Assembly: GCA_035700525.1 (NCBI GenBank) | Contig: DASSON010000073.1 | Location: forward strand, 2,266 to 66,265 | Source: Burkholderiales bacterium | Lineage (GTDB): Bacteria; Pseudomonadota; Gammaproteobacteria; Burkholderiales; JBDZVW01 | DNA: 64,000 bases | Direction of reading: 5' to 3' | Shown: one piece after another, positions 58,418 through 64,000 of the stretch | Position numbering within the stretch: position 1 is the stretch's first letter | Layout of the letters: each line of letters starts with the position of its first letter | Notes under the pieces: generated by a model | Told to the model about the DNA's origin: nothing | The model's database searches: none | The model's input: only the letters and a program-made list of their open reading frames with translations | Program-made: the position numbers and the translations under genes

Positions 58418-59428
58418 TCAGAACGCAGGCTGCATCACCCGCAGCACTGGTTTCTCATTGACGTTCTCCAGCGGCAAATAGACTTGGTGCGTGCCCGGAT
58501 CCACGGCAATCGTGTGCGCCTTCGCGGCGACGCGGGCCTTCCACATCTTCCGAATCGAATTTCCAGTAACCCGGAAAACGGTCACCACACCACTCTCGCT
58601 GGCAACGTAGAGCAGCGACAGACCAGGATCAAAGGCCAGCACATCAGGCGCGTTGCCCACCGGCTTCGTTGCCAGAACACGCTTGCTCTGCATATCGAAA
58701 ACCAGCAGCCTTGCATTGCCTTCACAGGCGATGAAAGCCAGCCTGCCGTCCGGTTCGATAAGCAGGCCGTGATTATGATCGGCCCCCGGCAACCGATGGC
58801 GGGTAACAATCCGGTCCGTGGCAGGGTCGATTTCCACCAGATCGTCTCGTGTTTGCACATTCACGAAAATGTGCCCGGAGACCAGATCGTACTGCGTGTT
58901 GCCAGCCTCGCCGCTCAACGGAATGGTGGCGATGCGCCGGTTGCCTTGAACGTCGATTACGGTTTCCGTGCCGCCCGCTTCGTCGGATACATAGAGTTTG
59001 CGCGCCGACGGAACGTAGGCCATGCCGTCGGGGTAGTCTCCGCCGGGGATCGCAGCAATCACGTTGAAGCTCGTTTCATCGATCACCGCGACGTCATTGC
59101 GCCCGGTGGCGGATGCATAGACCCGGCCCAGCGACGGAATCACAAGCACGCCATGGACCTTGCTTACACCGGATATGTCGGCCACGACCTTACGAGTGCG
59201 TGTGTTGACCACAGTGATCGAACTGTCACCCAAATGCGCAATAAATAAAAGGCGTTTTGCCTCATCATAGCCTTGGTAGTCGAAGCGGGTGGCGCGACCA
59301 TGGAGCGGAATATCCGCCGCTGTACGAAGCCGAAAGGCTTCTGTCGCAGCCGAAACTGCATGTGCGTTGAACAACGAGCCGACTAAAACAATGAAAATCA
59401 GAGTTGAGGCAATGTCCGTGATCTTCAT
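58418..59428 (-). CDS. secreted YVTN/YncE-type beta-propeller repeat protein
   Basis: Signal peptide and repeated ...V.VID... / ...P.G.A... blades (SITVVNTRTRKVV, DVAVIDETSFNVI, ETVIDVQGNRRI). Start is ATG at 59428 or 59443. Confidence 0.75.
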   Translation of the reverse strand: MKITDIASTLIFIVLVGSLFNAHAVSAATEAFRLRTAADIPLHGRATRFDYQGYDEAKRLLFIAHLGDSSITVVNTRTRKVVADISGVSKVHGVLVIPSLGRVYASATGRNDVAVIDETSFNVIAAIPGGDYPDGMAYVPSARKLYVSDEAGGTETVIDVQGNRRIATIPLSGEAGNTQYDLVSGHIFVNVQTRDDLVEIDPATDRIVTRHRLPGADHNHGLLIEPDGRLAFIACEGNARLLVFDMQSKRVLATKPVGNAPDVLAFDPGLSLLYVASESGVVTVFRVTGNSIRKMWKARVAAKAHTIAVDPGTHQVYLPLENVNEKPVLRVMQPAF

Positions 59429-59505
59429 CACGGTCCGGTCCATCGCGGAAGAGGCCCTCCGGCTCGTCAATTCGAGTATCGAACGGCCGCGGGCAGACGT
59501 ATGGT

Positions 59506-59913
59506 TCAACCGTGCCGCAAAGATGCAATCAGCGGGCATTTCATTGCACCACGCGCGGAGCCGCATCGGCCTACCAGTTGGCTGAGCGCAAACTGGATAC
59601 GCCGCAGATGAGCCAGCTTCTCGCGCACATCACGAAGCTTGCGCTCGGCCAGGCGGCGGGCCTCGTCGCAATGGGTGCCATCCTCCAGCTTCAGCAACTC
59701 GCTTACCTCGTCCAGACTGAACCCCAGTCGCTGCCCGGCCTTGATGAACCCCAGGCGCGCAAGATCCGCCTGACCGTAGCGACGGATACCGCCCGCAGGT
59801 CGCTGAGGCTTTGGCATCAGACCCTTGCGCTGATAGAAGCGAACGGTTTCGACGTTGACTCCTGCTGCATCCGCCAACGCGCCAACGGTAAGGCTGTCCG
59901 GTGCGCTCTTCAT
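59506..59913 (-). CDS. merR: Hg(II)-responsive transcriptional regulator MerR
   Basis: [40 protein letters not shown]...[10 protein letters not shown]...[13 protein letters not shown] carries the three Hg-ligand Cys. Start trimmed to the ATG at 59913. Confidence 0.93.
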   Translation of the reverse strand: MKSAPDSLTVGALADAAGVNVETVRFYQRKGLMPKPQRPAGGIRRYGQADLARLGFIKAGQRLGFSLDEVSELLKLEDGTHCDEARRLAERKLRDVREKLAHLRRIQFALSQLVGRCGSARGAMKCPLIASLRHG

Positions 59914-59918
59914 TCCGC

Positions 59919-59949
59919 TTGACCCCGTACTTGTGTACGGAAGTAACTT
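59919..59949 (+). promoter_or_regulatory. mer operator/promoter (PmerT with 19-bp spacer)
   Basis: TTGACC (59919-24), dyad CCGTAC-ttgt-GTACGG (59925-40), TAACTT (59944-49). This is nearly the Tn21/Tn501 merO layout. Confidence 0.8.
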
Positions 59950-59955
59950 TACTCC

Positions 59956-60324
59956 ATGGCATTGGATCGCACCAACCTGAGTAACCGTGCGACGGGACAC
60001 AGCGCACTGCTGACCGGCGGGCTCGCCGCGATCCTCGCCTCCACCTGCTGTCTGGGACCGCTGCTGCTGGTCATGCTTGGCTTTTCGGGAGCATGGATCG
60101 GCAACCTGACTGCGCTCGAACCCTATCGCCCGATCTTCATCGGTGTGGCCGTGACGTCCCTGCTCTTCGCCTCGTGGCAAATCTGGGGGACCGCCGTCTG
60201 TGCTTCAGGAAAAGCATGTGCGAGCCTGCGAGCCGCACGATTCTACAAGCTGCTGTTCGGCGTAGTGACCGTGCTGGCGCTCATTGCCCTTGGCTATCCA
60301 TACGTTGCTCCTTTGTTCTATTGA
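59956..60324 (+). CDS. merT: mercuric ion transport protein MerT
   Basis: [41 protein letters not shown] with the CC pair, plus a second Cys pair CASGKAC. Confidence 0.93.
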   Translation: MALDRTNLSNRATGHSALLTGGLAAILASTCCLGPLLLVMLGFSGAWIGNLTALEPYRPIFIGVAVTSLLFASWQIWGTAVCASGKACASLRAARFYKLLFGVVTVLALIALGYPYVAPLFY

Positions 60325-60334
60325 GGAACTCGCC

Positions 60335-60628
60335 ATGAAACGCTCTCTTGCCGCCCTCGTTTTTATTGCCTTCTCCGGCCTCGCGTTCAATACATCGGCT
60401 ATGACGAAAACAGTTACCTTGTCGGTACCAGGCATGACCTGTCCGGTGTGCCCGATCACCGTGAAGAAAGCGTTGATGAAGGTCAATGGTGTCAGTGGGG
60501 TGGTGGTCAACTATGACAAAAAGCAAACCGTGGTTACGTTCGATGATGTCAAGACCACGGCCGAAGCCCTGACGCGCGCGACCATAAAGGCGGGCTATCC
60601 GTCAACGCTGGCGGGGAGTAGGAAATGA
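60335..60628 (+). CDS. merP: periplasmic mercuric ion binding protein MerP
   Basis: Signal peptide, then VTLSVPGMTCPVCPITVKKAL (GMTCxxC HMA fold). RBS GAGGAA. Confidence 0.93.
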   Translation: MKRSLAALVFIAFSGLAFNTSAMTKTVTLSVPGMTCPVCPITVKKALMKVNGVSGVVVNYDKKQTVVTFDDVKTTAEALTRATIKAGYPSTLAGSRK

Positions 60629-60837
60629 CTTCCGTGATTCTGGAATCGGTCGTGACATGCCCTGAGTGTGGGTATGTCAGGGCCGAAACGATGCCCAAGG
60701 ACGCCTGTCAGTGGTTCTACGAGTGCGAGCAATGTCACACGCTGCTCAAGCCCAAGCCAGGTGATTGCTGCGTGTTCTGCTCTTACGGCTCGATGCCGTG
60801 CCCGCCCTGCCAAACGCACTGCAGTTGCTGCGGTTGA
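60625..60837 (+). CDS. small Cys-rich GDCCVxC-motif protein
   Basis: 70 aa with 13 Cys (CPEC, CQWFYECEQC, GDCCVFC, CPPC, HCSCCG). ATGA overlap with the merP stop. Confidence 0.7.
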   Translation: MTSVILESVVTCPECGYVRAETMPKDACQWFYECEQCHTLLKPKPGDCCVFCSYGSMPCPPCQTHCSCCG

Positions 60838-60958
60838 TCGCGCCGGCTGCACCACTGCGGTCATGCGCCACTCGTAGCCGACGCACTGGATCAGGGACTC
60901 AGCGCCGGGCTATTCATGTCGCGAAAGCGACCGCCGGCGGAGTTCCTCGCACGGCGGC

Positions 60959-62272
60959 TCAGAGCGGATGGACTCGCGGATGTGTCTCTTCCCCCCAACG
61001 CCACAGGATAAATCCGGAGACGAGCATCGCACACGCGACGAACCAAAAGCCGCTTTCCAGCGCACCAGTAGCAGCTGCGGCAAAGCCCATGCCGAGCGCG
61101 CCGAAGCCGTAGCCGAGGTCGCGCCAGAGACGATAGACGCCAAGCGCCGATCCGCGCCAGCCCGGATGAGCGATATCGGCGACGGCAGCGATCAGGTTCG
61201 GATACAGCATCGCCATGCCGAGTCCGCTCAGTGCGGCGCAGAATGACCACCACTCCACGCGCTGAAAGATCGGCATCAGCGCCACTCCGGCACCACTCAG
61301 CCACATGCCCGACACGTTGAGCGCATGGCGTCCAATCCGGTCGGAGAGTTTGCCGGCAAAAAGCTGGCCGCCGCCCCAGACGAATCCGTAGCAGCCGACG
61401 ATCCAACCAATATGAGCCACACTGACTCCATGGCGGTGAAGATAGACCGGATAGAAAACCCATACCAGTGCGTCGACGAATTTTTCGACCAATCCCGCCT
61501 GACTGAGTGCAAACAAGCGCCGGTCGCGCCACGACACCAGACTGAAAACTTCTCGTCCGCTCAGCTTGTTCGAGGCCATATCCGCGTCCGTCGTATGCTG
61601 TCTGATTTCAGCCAGTGCCCACGGACGGGTATCTCGTACCCGGGTGACGCACAGCACCAGAGCCGGAAACATCACAGCAACGCCGAACAACGCCAGACCG
61701 TCGCGCGGGCCGAGCCTCGCTGCAAGATAGCCGGTAACGATGCCCGCGATCGTCATGCCCACGTAGCCGGAAAATTCATTGAGTCCGACCGTCACACCGC
61801 GCTCATCAGGCCGCGTCACATCGAGCATCGCGGTCACGGTCATCGACCATGTCAGCCCCTGATTGACACCCAGCAGGACCGTCGCGGCGACAATCCAGTT
61901 CCAGCCTGTTCCCCACAGCACCATCGCCGGAATTGGCAGCGCGCACAGCCAGCCCAGCAGCAGCACGCGCTTGCGGCCGACGTGCTCCGAGAGCTCGCCA
62001 CCGAAGAAATTGACCACCCCCTTGACGAAACCGAACGCGGCGACGAAAGTCGTGAGCAGCACGAAGGAACCGCGCGGCACGCCGAACTCGCTTTCGGCAA
62101 GCGCCGGCACCACTGTGCGCATCATGCCGATCGCGCATCCCACCAGAAAGACCTGCAGCAGCAGCTGCAGGAACGGCTCGAGGTTCTCGCGTATGCCGTG
62201 CCGCAGTTCCGCCGCCTGAACTACGCCGCGCGGCACCGTTTCAAGCGGCGATATTGGTCGCGATGATTTCAT
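60959..62272 (-). CDS. MFS transporter
   Basis: 437 aa, polytopic. The ORF-track start overlaps the upstream gene by 32 nt; an alternative GTG at 62236 would remove the overlap. Confidence 0.8.
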   Translation of the reverse strand: MKSSRPISPLETVPRGVVQAAELRHGIRENLEPFLQLLLQVFLVGCAIGMMRTVVPALAESEFGVPRGSFVLLTTFVAAFGFVKGVVNFFGGELSEHVGRKRVLLLGWLCALPIPAMVLWGTGWNWIVAATVLLGVNQGLTWSMTVTAMLDVTRPDERGVTVGLNEFSGYVGMTIAGIVTGYLAARLGPRDGLALFGVAVMFPALVLCVTRVRDTRPWALAEIRQHTTDADMASNKLSGREVFSLVSWRDRRLFALSQAGLVEKFVDALVWVFYPVYLHRHGVSVAHIGWIVGCYGFVWGGGQLFAGKLSDRIGRHALNVSGMWLSGAGVALMPIFQRVEWWSFCAALSGLGMAMLYPNLIAAVADIAHPGWRGSALGVYRLWRDLGYGFGALGMGFAAAATGALESGFWFVACAMLVSGFILWRWGEETHPRVHPL

Positions 62273-62975
62273 CCATATTCGCCGGCCGCGGTGGAATCTC
62301 GCGAGTCACGTATTCGATGAACGCGTCCCGGTCGGCGATCGCCAGCGCCGGATTCCAGCGCCGCTCGAATCCCAGGGTCGAGGACGGCTTGCCGGAAAGC
62401 CCTGCACCGCAGGCGCTGCCGGCCTGGTGCGCCGGGAAAAGCTCGATGATGTCGGGCAGCGGCAGCAGCTTGTGCCGCAGCGTATCGAACAGCACGCCTG
62501 CCATTTCGCGCTCGCGCCCGGCAAGATCCGGCCGCCCGGTGGCACCGACGAAAAGTGTGTCGCCGGTGAGCACGAACCACGGCTCGTCGCCGCGCCGCCG
62601 GTCGGTGACCAGCAACGAGGCGCTGTCGGGCGTATGTCCCGGCGTATGCAGTACGCGAAGCACGACATTGCCCGCCTCGATAACCTGGCCGTCGTGCAGC
62701 GGTTCGAAATCGAACTGCACCACCCCGACATCACTTTCGTGCAGGCAGTATGGCGCGCCCATTTGCGCGGCGAGCCGACGCCCGCCCGAATAATGATCGG
62801 CGTGGACGTGGGTATCGATGACATGGGTGATTTGCGCGTTCGCGTGCTTTGCCTGTTCGACGAACCAGCCCTCGTCGCCGGCGACAACGTCCACTGCAAC
62901 CGCCTTGCCCAGGCCGCCGCAGCCGAAAAAATAGGACAAGGTCGAACCCCTGCCGGCAAGCTGTTTGAAAAACAT
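62241..62975 (-). CDS. MBL-fold hydrolase, persulfide dioxygenase (ETHE1/Blh)-like
   Basis: THVHADHYSGG and HTPGHTPDS metal-binding motifs. RBS AGGAGG before the ATG at 62975. Confidence 0.85.
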   Translation of the reverse strand: MFFKQLAGRGSTLSYFFGCGGLGKAVAVDVVAGDEGWFVEQAKHANAQITHVIDTHVHADHYSGGRRLAAQMGAPYCLHESDVGVVQFDFEPLHDGQVIEAGNVVLRVLHTPGHTPDSASLLVTDRRRGDEPWFVLTGDTLFVGATGRPDLAGREREMAGVLFDTLRHKLLPLPDIIELFPAHQAGSACGAGLSGKPSSTLGFERRWNPALAIADRDAFIEYVTREIPPRPANMDEIIATNIAA

Positions 62976-62985
62976 CGGCCACCTC

Positions 62986-63648
62986 CTATCGGCTTCCGGT
63001 CTCCAGCGGAAGGCCGCGCGCCTGCCATTCCGCGACGCCATCATCCAGACGTGATACGCGATAGCCGCGCTTGTGGAGCAGTGCCGCCGCGTCACGCGCC
63101 ATCATGCAGAACGGTCCACGGCAATAAGCCACGACCGGCTTGCCCCTGGGTATTTCGCCGAGGCGTTTCTTCAGTTCTTCGAGCGGAATCGATCGCGCGT
63201 ACGGCAGGTGGCTGGCTGCAAATTCTTCCTCCGGACGCACGTCGAGCACCACCACGTCGCCCGCCCTCGCCCATCGCAGAATGGTTCGCCGATCGACGCC
63301 GCGCAGATCGTCTCCCGCCGTGACCAACTGCTGCAGCGCCGCCTGCAATTCCAGCAGCCGCTCCTCGGCGAGCCCGCGCAGGTCCACCCACAGCCGGGCG
63401 ACTTCCGGGTCGGCCAGCCGGTAGAACACATATTTCCCTTCCCTGCGCGCGTCCACCACGCGCGCTGCGCGTAGCGCCTTGAGGTGGGCGCTCGCGAGCT
63501 TCACGCTGATGTCGGCCTGGGCGGCAAGCGTCTCGACCCGTTTTTCGGATTGGCACAGCAATTCGATGAGCTCGAGCCGCTTCGGACTGGCGAGCGCTTT
63601 ACTGACACGGCTGACCTGCTCGTAGAGAAGATTCTTCGCTTCACGCAT
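62986..63648 (-). CDS. ArsR/SmtB-family regulator fused to a rhodanese domain
   Basis: N-terminal wHTH ALASPKRLELIELLCQSEKRVETLAAQADISVKLASAHLKALRAA. C-terminal rhodanese with active-site loop AYCRGPFC. Confidence 0.85.
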   Translation of the reverse strand: MREAKNLLYEQVSRVSKALASPKRLELIELLCQSEKRVETLAAQADISVKLASAHLKALRAARVVDARREGKYVFYRLADPEVARLWVDLRGLAEERLLELQAALQQLVTAGDDLRGVDRRTILRWARAGDVVVLDVRPEEEFAASHLPYARSIPLEELKKRLGEIPRGKPVVAYCRGPFCMMARDAAALLHKRGYRVSRLDDGVAEWQARGLPLETGSR

Positions 63649-63656
63649 GACTGATA

Positions 63657-63684
63657 TAATAATCTAACGGCCTTTAGATTATTA
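63657..63684. promoter_or_regulatory. perfect 11-bp inverted repeat, candidate ArsR-type operator
   Basis: taataatctaa-cggcct-ttagattatta, starting 9 nt upstream of the regulator ATG (63648) and facing the divergent EamA gene. Confidence 0.5.
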
Positions 63685-63879
63685 GTCTAGAAGCGCTCGA
63701 AGTCAAGGCATGATAGGCTCCGCTAGGCACGCCAGGTACGGTGATCACTGCACATTTTGGCACAAAGCATGAAAAATCGACGCCACGCTCCGAATGCGGC
63801 ATTCTGCAAGAGTTGGTCGCGGCGGCTCACACGAGACGTGCATCTGCCCCCCTGAGGGGAAGGTAAGCGCTGATCCTGG

Positions 63880-64000
63880 ATGAATCATCTGTCTAATCGG
63901 GGTGTGCTCGCCGCGCTTGGCGCGGCGGCGTTGTTCGGCGCCGGCACTCCGCTGGCGAAACTTCTGCTGGGCTCGGTGGATCCCTGGTTGCTGGCGGGGC
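63880..64000 (+). CDS. EamA/DMT-family transporter, N-terminal part (runs off the right edge)
   Basis: Own translation gives MNHLSNRGVLAALGAAALFGAGTPLAKLLLGSVDPWLLAG, a typical EamA first helix. Confidence 0.6.
   Translation, partial: MNHLSNRGVLAALGAAALFGAGTPLAKLLLGSVDPWLLAG

Noticed and set aside
63758-63772. TGGCAC-aaagc-ATGA, considered as a sigma54 -24/-12 promoter upstream of the EamA gene.
   Set aside because: The -12 element is ATGA instead of TTGC, so the essential GC is missing. No intact enhancer-binding protein is in the window.

Overview
High-GC proteobacterial chromosomal segment. The several Bug/TctC-type tripartite tricarboxylate receptors and the ectR-ectAB arrangement suggest a betaproteobacterium (Burkholderiales-like); this is inference. 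I saw no transposase, integrase, phage gene, CRISPR array or rRNA. Positions 1-25 kb look like housekeeping. They hold the ectoine genes ectB(partial)-ectA-ectR, an orphan GspE-family ATPase, gpmA, and a LysR-controlled Bug/GlcG/cupin/dehydrogenase/TctBA uptake cluster. They also hold an htpG-MoxR-glycosylase-VWA string, a three-gene ABC importer, cbpA-cbpM, an orphan DNA methyltransferase and tRNA-Arg(CCT) at 24990-25065. Positions 25-64 kb are dense with stress and resistance genes but contain no mobility genes. This part starts with a Spy/CpxP/ZraP-like operon, followed by two convergent RND efflux operons separated by a relic of a sigma54-type response regulator. Next come a Cfa-like methyltransferase plus FAD reductase pair and a class I fumarase. 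These are followed by an ~11 kb atypical copper island: a DsbD-like protein without its membrane core, a P1B ATPase, a PiT-like permease, a multicopper oxidase-cupredoxin fusion coupled to an orphan TolC-family protein, and five small secreted Met/His/Cys-rich proteins. The window ends with a mer operon that has merR-merT-merP and a 13-Cys GDCCVxC-type protein but no merA, and an ArsR-rhodanese/MBL-hydrolase/MFS operon. The best candidates for undescribed biology are the copper island's small-protein modules with the oxidase-cupredoxin/TolC pair, and the reductase-less mer operon. All functional calls come from reading the translated ORFs and recognising motifs. No database search was possible.
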